A stretch of 64,000 nucleotides of DNA from Octopus sinensis (lineage: Eukaryota). Positions within the stretch are counted from its first letter, which is position 1, and the number at the start of each line of letters is the position of its first letter. Of this stretch, positions 41,461 to 54,200 are shown in pieces. The stretch lies in contig NC_043005.1 of assembly GCF_006345805.1 (NCBI RefSeq), positions 53,196,001 to 53,260,000 of the forward strand, written 5' to 3'. The notes under the pieces were generated by a model. The model ran no database searches. It saw only the letters and a program-made list of their open reading frames with translations, and had not been told where the DNA came from. The position numbers were made by a program, and so were the translations under genes.

Positions 41461-41934
41461 ATAGAACCTCAATGTTCGTACTAACTGGCTGCTGGATGTT
41501 AAAGTTAACTTGGACATCAATGCAGATTTAAATAGATTATACTTCCACGCTAGGATGGTGGCCGTGATCTCAAATCTGTATTGATGTCATATGAATGCAA
41601 ATCCTTACTTCATACACTTCAAATTATCACGATATCTGGGACTACAAAAATCTCCAAGACTTTCTAAAGATTTAAAGGATGATGAACCAAACAAAATATT
41701 TTCTTTCACAACCTTGTAACTAAACAGGTGGTCGGTCACAGATTATTCCAACCTAAATAGAGAACAAACATACACACATGCATACATACATACATACATA
41801 CATGCATACATACATACATACATACATACATACATACATACATACACAAATACGTTTCACTCAACCCTGGAATTTCTATCTTTATAAGTAGAGTGTAATA
41901 TAGGTGGCACTTATGTGAAGTTTTGCTACCCTGG

Positions 41935-41994
<60 letters not shown>

Positions 41995-41999
41995 CAAAA

Positions 42000-42105
42000 T
42001 GGGACTAGAACGCAAAACACTCAAAGAGACGACACAAAAGACGGACGGGTCATTCGAAGCCTCTAATCTTCAGTCAAGAACCGGATCATCCTCGCAATTT
42101 CGGCA
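42000..42105 (-). mobile_element. Short non-coding repeat, family H, between (TA)n tracts
   Basis: Complex 105-bp island in TA repeats containing minus-strand CTGAAGA; single copy here, so repeat status is inferred. Confidence 0.45.
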
Positions 42106-42613
42106 TATATATATTATATATATATATATATATCAACACACACACAATGAGTCTTCAGTATGAGACTCAATGAGTTGCCTGATCATTGGATTAACATGAA
42201 ACGGCTGAGCATTACACCAACACGTGTAACTTTAGCCGAGTCAGAATCAAATTGACTATACTTTCCGTGAACCTAATTTCGAAGAGGTACGTCATTTCAT
42301 ATGATGGCAAATATAATATACGACTAACTTCATACTTTAACTTTCATTTTCGGTAACACCTTTCGGTTTATGTCGATAAACATTGTCAAATATTTTAAAG
42401 TTGTACTTTTCGTTTTATCTCTTCTTTATACCTTCCGCAATATATGTCTCATAACTTGCACTGATCTACCATTTCTCACTATTCCTTAATTCTTTTGTTG
42501 ACTTTATTTAAAATTTATCGTCGTCGTTGTCGTCATCATCATCATCATCATCATCGTCGTCGTCGTTGTCGTCGTCGTCGTCGTCGTCGTCGTCATCATC
42601 ATCATCATCATCA

Positions 42614-42648
<35 letters not shown>

Positions 42649-43149
42649 TACTTTTTGTCTACATGTTTATTACAATCACTTGCCGGCACTCACTCAGCGT
42701 CCTAGGGCGAGTGAAGGATAAGAGATGTTGCAGTATTACTGAAAGTTTTGGAGGCGAAGTGGCAGGGGCAGTAGCAAAATATCTTCATGTAATACAACAC
42801 AGACATCTAAATTGATAGGGTTTTTCTAAAGATGTAGGTAGTATTTGTGTGCCCAAATGTTTTCCAATTAGTTTCAAGCACGAAGCCACGTAGGAAATAA
42901 GTGAGCTTTTCAAAGCGATTTTCTTAACAATACAGCTATATCAGGGGTAGGTTTAGTAATCATTGATGAAATATTCAACTTTCGCAAAGGCAGTAGTTTC
43001 TAAATTACCATAGAGGATATGGAATCAATCAATCAATCAATCAACCAGAGAAGAATAAATACATCGGTACCTGATATTTTGATGGCTGAGTATGGTGACT
43101 GAAGGGGATGTTAATAGCGGTACACTAAATGGAGGTTTATATTTTTACT

Positions 43150-43330
43150 GCATTATTAAAACGTTTAGTATTAAGAGTTGGGAATTATATTCCTCCGGGG
43201 AGCATTTATGATGATATATCACTAAAAATATTTTGAAGCATTTACAGTTCAACTCATGGACTATATCGACTGATTTCGAAACGATTTACATACATTTATT
43301 AGTTTTCACCGAACACAGGTGAAATTTCCT
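43150..43330 (+). mobile_element. Second MULE transposase remnant
   Basis: LQFNSWTISTDFETI..VFTE resembles F.P..I.TDFE.A. Confidence 0.4.
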
Positions 43331-43689
43331 AGTAAATAAAGAAATAATAAAAGAAAGAAACAAGCTAATGTGTTGTTAGACGCAATTCAGATAAAATGGA
43401 AATGTTTCAGCGATCTATTCAACAGCATTTTGTTTTTGTTTCTAACTCTGCAAACAAAGCAAATATTCATTTACTACACAACGAATTCACTTTATGCATG
43501 ACTTATTTTGATGGGTAAAAGTCATGAGTATTTATGTGCCCGTCTATGTGTGCATCATTTTTTTACGTATGTATGTGTGTGTATATATTTATTTATTATA
43601 TAATAAATTAATGAATAAAATAAAACATATGCATATATACATACATATAGGTACGTATCTACCTCTACATATATATATATATATATATA

Positions 43690-43850
43690 CATGCATATAT
43701 GGGTACAGGACACCAAAAAAACGTCGAACACAATGAGAAACGAAAACATAAACACAAAACCAAGGAAATGGACATTTTTCTTAAACAACGAAAAAATAGA
43801 GTACAGGACATACAATACAAGGAAAGTTCCCCTTCTTCAGTCGCCTATAT
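43690..43850 (-). mobile_element. Short non-coding repeat, family F
   Basis: AACACAATGAGAAACGAAAACATAAA..CCCCTTCTTCAG shared with 63190-63390; TA-flanked. Confidence 0.8.
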
Positions 43851-43883
<33 letters not shown>

Positions 43884-43967
43884 AATATATATCTGTGAAT
43901 ATATATATAATATAAATAAGATATAAATATATGCATATATGCATACATATATGTACATACCTACGTA

Positions 43968-44007
<40 letters not shown>

Positions 44008-44009
<2 letters not shown>

Positions 44010-44443
44010 AAAAAACAAGTCAAAAATAGAAAATGCTAAAATAATTTTATAGTGAACATTTCAGTACCGGTTTCGGTCATTTTGAGACCTTTTCAATTGT
44101 AACGATTAAATAATTAAATTTAGAAAAATTAGAAGAAAAGTTTTTTTAAAGACAATATTTCTATAGTAGTGATCAGATATAAGTGGCATTCTGCCTTTCT
44201 CTGACTCCCTTGTTTGCACTTGTGTGCACAAGTGCAAACAAGGGAGTCAGAGAAAGGCAGAATGCCACTTATATCTGAAAACTACTATAGAAATATTGTC
44301 TTTAAAAAAACTTTTCTTCTAATTTTTCTAAATTTAATTATTTAATCGTTACAATTGAAAAGGTCTCAAAATGACCGAAACCGGTACTGAAATGTTCACT
44401 ATAAAATTATTTTAGCATTTTCTATTTTTGACTTGTTTTTTCA
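44008..44443. repeat. 436-bp near-perfect palindrome (217-bp arms, 2-nt spacer)
   Basis: 44008-44224 is the reverse complement of 44227-44443; only a 2-nt mismatch found (GTAGTGATCAG vs GTAGTTTTCAG); TA repeats outside. Confidence 0.97.
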
Positions 44444-44476
44444 TATATATCAACTCGTGTGTTCCTTTTCACCCTT

Positions 44477-44584
<108 letters not shown>

Positions 44585-44880
44585 TGTTTTGGGAGCAACG
44601 AAAAAACAAACAGAGAAGCGAGACACACAACATAAAGAATATTCCACTTCTTCAGTTGTCCCTGTTTCATCTACTCCGCGTTACGAGGGCAAGGACAATA
44701 CGCGACCTCATTGTAACAGTCCTTCTCGCAAAGCAAATTAAATAAGATTTGGAATTTTTGCGGAGGGTGAAAGTGGAGCGAAAGTGGTAACAAAACAGGA
44801 CAGAACAAAACAGTAAAAACAAACAGTGAGGGCTGTTAAGCCAAGACGACAGAAAAATTATTATGAATGCTAGGAAGACG
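44585..44880 (-). mobile_element. Family F-related repeat, longer and divergent
   Basis: GAATATTCCACTTCTTCAGTTG..GTTTCATCTACTCCGCGTTACGAGGGCAAGGAC matches 63310-63380. Confidence 0.7.
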
Positions 44881-46423
44881 AGCTTATGAGGAGAAAGTAT
44901 AAGCACGTTTTCTCTTTAGGAAGGTAGCACACATGCACACATATATCGATAGATAGAAAGATAAATAGATACACATATCTTTGTGCGTGTATGTGTGGCT
45001 CACCTTGTTCTTTTCGTTTACTGTCGCCAGAAGTAGTGAAAGCGTTTTGCAGAACAACTGCAAAAAGAACAAAAGCTATAGATGTCATGTGGCATGGCCA
45101 CCAAATAAAAAAATGCAGGAAGCCTCAGACATGATCTTTTTGCATTAATGACAGTTTGAGAACAGAAAGAGAGACACATTTTAACAAGTTCACTGAATCA
45201 TTGATTAGAGTAAGCAATACCTCTCGATTAATTTTCTAATAAAGTTTGAGCTACTATATAATTATTTTATGTACCAAATTTTAATTTTGGCATGTTCTGT
45301 TTTCTTGCATTTTTCGCTTGACATTTTGTCATGCATCCGAAAGCCAGATATTGACAATGGATAAGCAACAGGACCTTAAAGAATTCAACAAAAAATATTT
45401 TTTTAAATATATGATACAATAACTTATTAATTATCACATATGAAAGGAATAATATATAGCATGATAGTTCTAACGGTATGGTCATCCCTGCATTAAAGAA
45501 CGTTTGTTCATCCTCCGAAAAGCAATCTTATTGTCGAGAGTCAAGGAGTTAGTAAGAAGTAAAACATAAGGACCATTAGACCATCAAGATATGCCCTTCA
45601 ATCTCAAATCAACAAAGCCATGGTATCCATCGACCACTGGCTGAACTTACCTACGATGCTGTGAGCTGTAGAATCCCTCTAAGGGTGGTATTAAAGGAGA
45701 GGTGGGCTAGTAAATACACGGATTAGTACGACCACGTTGGACCTTGAATCACTATTTGGTCCAAGTGGGTAAGGTTTCTATTGAAGAAATTTGAACTGCT
45801 TTACGACCTCTGTATCAGACGTCTGCCACTGTATGGTATATTCAGCTTCTCGTCGTGATGGTGTGGATTTACTGGCTTAAGCCAAATCTACACACTCTGA
45901 TTGAACGCCGATGCAGTTATAAAAACAAACCGTTGAGAGAGAGAGAATAAGAGTAAGAGAGAGAGTGAGAGAAAGAGCGAGAGAGAGAGAGAGAAGGGGA
46001 GAGGGAAAGAAATGACTGTTATACTTTCACTGTCGAGACATTTAGCATGGGAAACTGGATACCAAATAAACACCAAATAAACACCACAACATCTACTAAT
46101 TTACCAGTGAATTTATTTCCTCCGCCCTACACTGTGAAAAATATTCCTAATGATAAATCTTCCTTTTACCAAACATAATAATAAAACATAACAGAATAGA
46201 GTAATAACTATATAATACAAGACAACAAGGTCTCATTGAATACCCAGCAGAATACTAGAAATATATTTTTGCTGTCAAAAATATAAATACACGCTCGGAG
46301 CTATCGAGATTCGACGAGGCTATTTATCTGCCGCAACTTTGGTAAACACTCTCATCTACATAAACGTACACGTTTTTGTACACACCCCACACATATAAAC
46401 AAACATATATACATACACACACC

Positions 46424-46521
<98 letters not shown>

Positions 46522-47279
46522 GTTACATTTCGTAACTATTTCATTGTTTTATTTAGGTTAGAACTCCCCTCGTTGCCCAAAGTAGATATTTAACAAAACA
46601 ACCCGAGGAAATCATGATTATACATCACGCAGTAGAAACACTGAAAGGGTGGTGGGAAAGAACACCAGAGTTCACATAGCCGTTTTAATGTTTTCTTAAC
46701 ATTTTAGATTGTCTTTCTATTGATAAAGTTGAATTATTAAAATGAGGGAAAAGAAGAAAACGTATTCACTACAAGAACGGGGGAAAACATATAAATGGAT
46801 ACGCGAAAAAAAAAAGCAAAAAGACACAAAAATGAACAGGTGAAAATAACAAAAAATATGCAAAGGAAATGTCTTTTTATACACGTCTGTGTGTACAGTG
46901 TATATAAAAGATATTAAGCCGGCACTTATTGCCGGCGGTTATAACAATGGCTTGATTTTACATACGCGCATACAAGCACACACACACACAAATATACATA
47001 GATATTCATACATTTATGTATATATAAGTATATATATGGATCTGTGTATATATGCATAAATGTGTATATATATACAAATGTATCAAAAAGTGCAAAGACA
47101 TGCTGATATATGTACATATGTATATGTATATATATGTGTGTGTGTGTGTGTGTATGTATATATGTAAGTATATATATATATACATATATACACATATAAA
47201 ATTTTATGTATTTGTGTGTGAGTATACAAGCGTACACACATACATGAATTCATATATACATTCTTACATACAAACGTAC

Positions 47280-47343
<64 letters not shown>

Positions 47344-47779
47344 TATATATATATACATATATATATGTACACACACGGGGAAAAATGCACGCGCGCACGC
47401 AACCATTCACAACACATACATGTATATGCAAGCTTAAATATGTATGTATATATTAAAATATACATAGATTCTTAGATGCACACACCTCAACAAACAAACA
47501 AACGAGTAAACAAGGAAATACTTGAGGGCTGTTTTTCTAAGTTTTACAAGACATACCTGGAAGTCATTTGAATTTCGGCACATTTTATATATCTTACCTT
47601 CTCAGGTGGCCGAGTGGCAGGTCAATATAATGGAATGGAAGGAAAGAGTGGGAAAGTAGTAAGCAGAAGGAAGAGAATTTAGCGATTTAAGAAAAAAATA
47701 TTTCGTTCACCTATTTATATTGCTAGTTAAATTTTTCAGCAGATATCTGTGGTCACATTTGCCAACTCATTTTGAAGCT

Positions 47780-48100
47780 TTTCTTTCTTGGAAGGGAAAT
47801 TTAAATGTAGCTATAAGAACGATCTTTCGAATTTTAGGTACCGTGATAAGTGACTTTCAACAACCCTTTCGGGTTTAATCTGGAAACTTAAAGATGAAGC
47901 GATCAATTTTGAAATCAAATGGAAAATCCTCTCTAAATCCATACCTTATATTAACGATCAAAAAATGTTTAGTGCAGTCGCTTGAGAAACTATCTTTTAA
48001 AATACTTGAGAACCTCCAACGAATAAATAAATTCAAGGAACGTGAATTTTTCTTTATGTCTACATTTCAAGAAATACATCTTCTCAGAATTTAAATGTAG
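47780..48100 (+). mobile_element. Penelope-like element GIY-YIG endonuclease C-terminal remnant
   Basis: EGKFKCSY..STTLSGLIWKLKDEAINFEIKWKILSKSIPY..KKCL..EKL.. Confidence 0.8.
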
Positions 48101-49449
48101 ACCAACGGTCACTTAGTACACCATTAACATATGGTTTACGTCTGTGTGACATCGAATTATTGTAACTTTGGTTATCTCTCTTGTGTTTTTCCTTTGTATT
48201 TGTTATTTTTTTACAAGCTCCTCTTTAAATGTTATCTGCTCAAAACACAACCGACGAACGGTCTTGTTTTCAACTTGATAAAATCATAGAATAATTTATT
48301 TTGACCAGGAAAGCCTGGGTAGCTGTATTAGCAAGATTTTTGGATTTTTAATTTAAGATTATACATACATACATACACACATATACATCAATTGTTTACT
48401 CTGTATTCCCACTCTATTGTATTTTGTTCGTTCGAAGCACTAACTCACTACAAATTTTATATTTTTAAAATTTCCGGACGCTACTGTTTTATGAAGTAGT
48501 CCTATCTTGCCGTTAAAGTCACGAAATGAGTAGTAATAAACAATAGACAACCGATGAGCTAGTTATCTCCTTTTGGTATTTTGTCCTTTACTTTTCTCTC
48601 GTGTGTTTACGTATTTTTCACTCGTTGGTGATATTCTGTACTTAATGTGTACTTTTTATTTATCTATAATTGAACACCACGCAGCCTTGTCCACAGTAAA
48701 TTCTTACTTTTATATACAATTTCTACGACTCCACACTCTGTTTGCTTTTTTTCTCCCTCTCTCTATCCCTCTATAATCCTCTATATATTCCTTTTCTCCC
48801 GCTTCCCCTTTGTCTTTCTTTCACTCCCTACTATCTTTCGTTCCTTCTCGCTTCTCCTCATACACTTTGTTTCTTTACCTCATCCTTTCTCTTGTCCTCT
48901 TCCACTCTACTTATTGATCGCACGTGATTACAGGCCTTTCTCTCGCCTCTGTCTTTTTTGGATGCAACGTCCAACTAGCGGGACGTCATTTTCCTCTTCT
49001 CTCGCCTCACGACACTTGTTTTTGCCTTCTACTATTTTCTTCTCTTCTATTTATTCTATATCCTTTCAAAATTTCTCCCAGGCCTTACTCATTATTTGTA
49101 TGCATGTATGCTTATGTGTGTGTGTGTGTGTATTCGTACTTATATATGCTTAGTTGTGTATTTGTCTCTGCATGTATATTTTTGCTTCCTGTTGCCTATC
49201 AAGGAACTAACAATACTTTGTAGGCTGCGTACCCCAGCCAAACCATCTCCCTTTCTTGTATACTACTACTGCTGTTACTACTACTACTACAACTTCTACT
49301 ACCACTACTACTACAAGTACACTAACTGCGCAAACTCTGTTTGTGATGTAGTGTTCTCTGATGTGATTCTATTTATCATTATTAAGAAAAATTATTTCAA
49401 ACCGGACAGACGGACAGGTAGACAGACAGATAGACTGATAAATGAATAG

Positions 49450-49478
49450 ATATGTAGATAGATAGATAGTTAGTTAGT

Positions 49479-49560
<82 letters not shown>
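49450..49560. repeat. (ATAG)n array
   Basis: Direct reading. Confidence 0.95.
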
Positions 49561-49561
<1 letters not shown>

Positions 49562-50269
49562 AGAAGTGTGTAGATCAATTTTGTGCAATAAACAGAAATT
49601 GCCTGCAAATATATACGACTAGTACAGAATTGGTCTGTTGACATTTATTTCTTAGATAACTACTTTCAACATTTATGCCAAGAAAAAAATTATCATTATT
49701 GATAATAATAATTACGACAATAACCAGAACAACAATAACAATATAACAGTTGCAACATCATCGACAGCGGCAACAGCATCAACAGCAGTGGCAGTAGTAG
49801 TAGTAGTAGTAGCAGCAGCAGCAGCATTTAGCTTCTAATTTAATAATAATAACAATAAAGACAGAATATAATTTTCAATGAATAATTGTTTTGGAGATTT
49901 TATATCCTACATTATTTTTGTATGGTAACTATCTTTATTTGTATTTTTAATACGTTCCTTTCTCCGTGAAATAACGAAAATAAAACAAAAAGAAGAAGCT
50001 TTATTTTTCTTTTTATTCTCTATTCAAATATATTCGCTCTCCTCGCTCTCTATCAATTTTCGTTCTTATTCTTTTCTTTCGATTGGCACCATCAAATCTG
50101 TGACCTGGTTTTGAGCTTTGATTTTCAGGTGGTAAGTTTTCTTCGCGTATCAGGCGTTATTAAAATGTCTCGAAAAATTCTATGCTTATCACGATTTCCT
50201 CATCCTTACTTTCTTCCTCTAAATCCTATGAATACTCGAAGATTTTTTTAACAAAAACAACAATAATAA

Positions 50270-50870
50270 TCCTTTCTACTAAAGGCACAAGACCTGATAT
50301 TTGGGGGGGGGGGGGGCTAGTCTATTACATTGACTCCAGTACTCAACTCGTACTTAATTTCTCGGCCCCAAAATGATGAAAGGCGGTTGATAGGCGGTTT
50401 TCTCCTTTTTATTGTTGTAAACATCATTTTGCTACGTTCAACAATGTAGAAACGAAAATATGTCTCATAAATAAACCGGAAAGCATTCTTCCCGTATGGA
50501 GAATGTGTCTATAAACTTTTGAATTAGATTTCTATTTCGTTTTTGGATTCGGTTTGCAAGATTCTTTATATGAGTTCGTGTGTTGAAGCATATTCTGTTG
50601 TGTCTGGAGAGAGTCATTTTCTTTTTGTGCCTTATTTTGTAACACACTCACCGGTAAAATTTCCACTTTTTTCTTATTTTTATTTTCCTAAAATTTTCGT
50701 TGCGTCTTGCACCTTTTTCAATAGTTTTAGGAAAATGAAAATAAGAAAAAAGTGGAAATTCTACCGGTGAGTGTGTTACAATAGCGGAATTTGAACTTAG
50801 AACGTAAGAACGGACAAAATGCCGCTAAACATTTTGCTCGGCGTGCTAACGATTCTGCCAGCTCACTGCT

Positions 50871-50872
<2 letters not shown>
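50270..50872 (-). mobile_element. SINE family A split by a 401-bp insertion
   Basis: Tail and core at 50270-50384, head at 50784-50872; the core segment AAAGTCGACCTCG is missing at the junction. Confidence 0.85.
50383..50783 (-). mobile_element. Fold-back non-coding element with hammerhead-like motif, copy 1
   Basis: Direct repeat of 52398-52796; internal hairpin with arms at about 50636-50693 and 50725-50782. Confidence 0.9.
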
Positions 50873-50917
<45 letters not shown>

Positions 50918-50918
<1 letters not shown>

Positions 50919-51795
50919 TGGCCACAAGGGTCGAACAAAAACAAACAAACAGGACAATAAAACACAAGAGAAAAGTGGGGTTTGGCGCAATGTCGAGAAT
51001 GCAACAAATAACAATAACCATTAACACTAAAATTTAAACAAAAAAATTCATGAGAAGGGCAAGTTCTTCACAGGCACAACTGAGGAACCCCATACATTCT
51101 GGTTACCCCAACAGCCAGGTGCACCTCAGCAAGCGCCTCTCTTCTGAACTCCCCCGGTTTACTAGCCAATGTTCAGAGTAGACCCATTCACACGGGCCAT
51201 ACTCACCACATTTACCCACCTTCCTCATCTTCCTTTTCAAATGGAACTTGAAAAAGTCGATGAGGGCTTGGCCGAAGAGGACTGTCTTCAGTCCTTTCAC
51301 TTTCGTCAATCATACTACCTCCTTCACCACAGTCACCAGACAGAGGAAAACGGCCAAAAGAAGGCAGCAGGTCGATCCTCACGATGGACTCAGCAAATAA
51401 CTGGATCCGTCCTACTCGCGTCAGCAACTGTTTGACAAAGCTCAGTAATGTACAGACACTGGACGAGTGCATGCAGGAATGTTTCGTTGTCCTGCACACA
51501 TCTCGAACAGGTCAGTCTGTCAGCATTTCCGTGTCTGTAGGGCTTGTCTCAAACCGGCAGAGCTCCCCAGTAGTACTATCAGGCTAGGGATAACTGGAAG
51601 TTATCGATAGGCTCCGGCTTGAAAGTCCTCCGGAAAAGACCAGCTAATTGATCTCTTTCAATGACCAGAGTTTCTCCGAGGACGTCGTCATTCTTACCTG
51701 TCAGTAATTCTCAATAGAATTTAATTGTGGTACTTCCATCGACCGCATTGCCCGATTGCCAGAAGGTTGTGAGTGCTTGCCGACACTCCAGGGTT
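50918..51795 (-). mobile_element. Tx1/L1-clade LINE 3' end with 3' UTR and (ATT)n tail
   Basis: IDNFQLSLA..GALPV*DKPYRHG..TCSRCVQDNETFLHALVQC..FGQALIDFFKFHLKRK. Confidence 0.88.
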
Positions 51796-51829
51796 AAATT
51801 TTACAATAAGAACAGCAAATTTAAAAGTA

Positions 51830-52080
51830 ATGGGTAAGTCGATTACATCGATCCCAGTACTCAACTGGTACTAATGTAGTAAAAATACTAAGGTTTTAGC
51901 ACAAATTTATTGAGGTGTTTATTCTGTTTAATCGACCCCCGGACTTGAGTGATAGTATTTTAACGGCTCGGGAGAGATGAAAAACAAAATTGATTTCGTA
52001 ACGATTTGAAATCAGAACGTAATTAACCAGAACAAATACTGCAAGGCATCTTATTCGACATCCAACAATTCTGTTCATCC
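51830..52080 (-). mobile_element. SINE family A, rearranged and degenerate
   Basis: GTCGATTACATCGATCCCAGTACTCAACTGGTAC and GATTTGAAATCAGAACG segments. Confidence 0.6.
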
Positions 52081-52397
52081 ACTGTCCTTAATGTAGAACC
52101 AATATTCTAGCAGTCATGGTATGTGACCATCCTACTTGTTACTACTTGGATATAGTCTTCAAGTAAACACAAACTTCTGACACATTGGTTGTTTGTTCAT
52201 TTTTTTCATTCTCTTGGATTAGCAACACAAGCAAAATTATCGCTTTCTAAAATTTTTCCGTATCATAATGTTACAGCTGCACAAATTTTGCTTCAGTCTT
52301 AATGATGTCTACAGAATAACGCTATTTTTTTTCAGCTGTGCGTTAATAATTTTTATTTACTCTTTACTTTGTATATTAAGCATATCCCATTCATTAA

Positions 52398-52839
52398 GCG
52401 GTTGATAGGCGGTTTTCTCCTTTTTATTGTTGTAAACATCATTTTGCTACGTTCAACAATGTAGAAACGAAAATATGTCTCATAAATAAACCGGAGAGCA
52501 TTCTTCCCGTATGGAGAATGTGTCTATAAACTTTTGAATTAGATTTATATTTCGTATTTGGATTTGGTTTGCAAGATTCTTTATATGAGTTCGTGTGTTG
52601 AATATATTCTGTTGTGTCTGAAGAGAGTTATTTTCTTTTTGTGCCTTATTTTGTAACACACTCACCGGTAAAATTTCCACTTTTTTCTTATTTTTATTTT
52701 CCTAAAATTTTCGTTGCGTCTTGCAACCTTTTCAATAGTTTTAGGAAAATGAAAATAAGAAAAAAGTGGAAATTCTACCGGTGAGTGTGTTACAATATAA
52801 GGCACAAAAAGAAAATGACTCTCCCCAGACACAACAGAA
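52398..52839 (-). mobile_element. Fold-back non-coding element with hammerhead-like motif, copy 2
   Basis: Arms 52607-52707 and 52739-52839 (about 101 bp, several mismatches), 31-nt spacer. Confidence 0.9.
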
Positions 52840-53794
52840 CTTTTGAATTAGGTTTCTCCTTTAAAGTAACTCGTAAATAAATTTGTCTTTCTATAAGAAT
52901 GTGAGTATATGTATTAAAGTCTCGCAACTCCTCATAGCATACCTTTTCAGAGCAAATAATAACAACGTTAGTGATAATAATAGTGATGACAAGATATTAT
53001 TAATGCATTAAATGTTATCAATCTATATAATGTATCTATTCTCTATGATATAATAATCTATTGTTGCCCGCGAATTTCTTGCCGACCAACCTGTGCAGCT
53101 GATTTGTTGATAATGGTATAACTTTTGTAGCGACTAAACATCCTAGCCAATAGGCCATGTACCCTCGCAGACTGTCTCTCTCAATTATTTTACATACATA
53201 CGCACACACATTTGCACACACACACACACAAACACACATATATATATAGTTCGATAGACATATAGATAGTTACATGCATATATACATACATAATACATAC
53301 ATACATATATACATGTATATACATATATATACATATACATATACATAGTGTGTGTGTATGTATATATATATATATACATATATATACATAGACGAAAGTT
53401 AAAAGTTATCCGATCATCGCCATAGTATATATTATTGCCACATTACCTTCTGCGTATGCGTGCTTACCGTTGGTACTATTGTGGTCACGTGATCAAGGTT
53501 TGAGCCTCATTGCGTCATTTTTCTTTCTGGCTTTACAGCGTAAAGTTATGATATTAATATGTATTGCGACCAATATTCGTCCTCAATACATGTCCTGTTC
53601 GCGTAAAAGGACGTCTGATGATAAGCAATTTTAGATCGGCAATTTGCTTTCAACACTATCTCGATATTCATTATAGCTTGTCATAAGAATGTTTGTGAAA
53701 CACTTACGTATAGAAAGCGTGATCACATCAGGACCCTTTGGCAATACTTACAGGATTCGATTAAGTCTTAATTCAGTATTAAAACAACAATATA

Positions 53795-54200
53795 AGGTGG
53801 CGAGCTAGCAGAAACGTTAGCACGCTGGGCGGAATACTTGGTAGTATGTTCGTCTGTGTTTACTTCTGAGTTTAAATTCTGCCGCGGTCGACTTTGCATT
53901 TCATCCTTTCGGGGTCGATTAAATAAGTACCAGTTACGCACTGGGGTCGATATAATCGACTTAATCCGTTTGTCTGTCCTTGTTTGTCCTCTCCGTGTTT
54001 AGCCCCTTGTGGGTAGTAAAGAAATAGGTATTTCGTCTGTCTTTACGTTCTGAGTTCAAATACCGCCTCGGTCGACTTTGAATTTCATCCTTTCGGCGTT
54101 GATAAATTAAGTACCAGTTGCGTACTAATGTCCATCTAATCGACTGGCCCCCTTCCCCAAATATATCGGGCCTTGTGCTTAGAGCAGAAAAGAATATTTA
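53795..54200 (+). mobile_element. Dimeric SINE family A (full tail-1 copy plus headless tail-2 copy)
   Basis: Monomer 1 ends GTAGTAAAGAAATA at about 54026; monomer 2 starts GGTATTTCGTCTG and ends GGCCTTGTGCTTAGAGCAGAAAAG. Confidence 0.9.

Noticed and set aside
48305-48335. CCAGG-AAAG-CCTGG hairpin 3' of the PLE remnant as ribozyme stem II
   Set aside because: Core nucleotides are absent on both sides.
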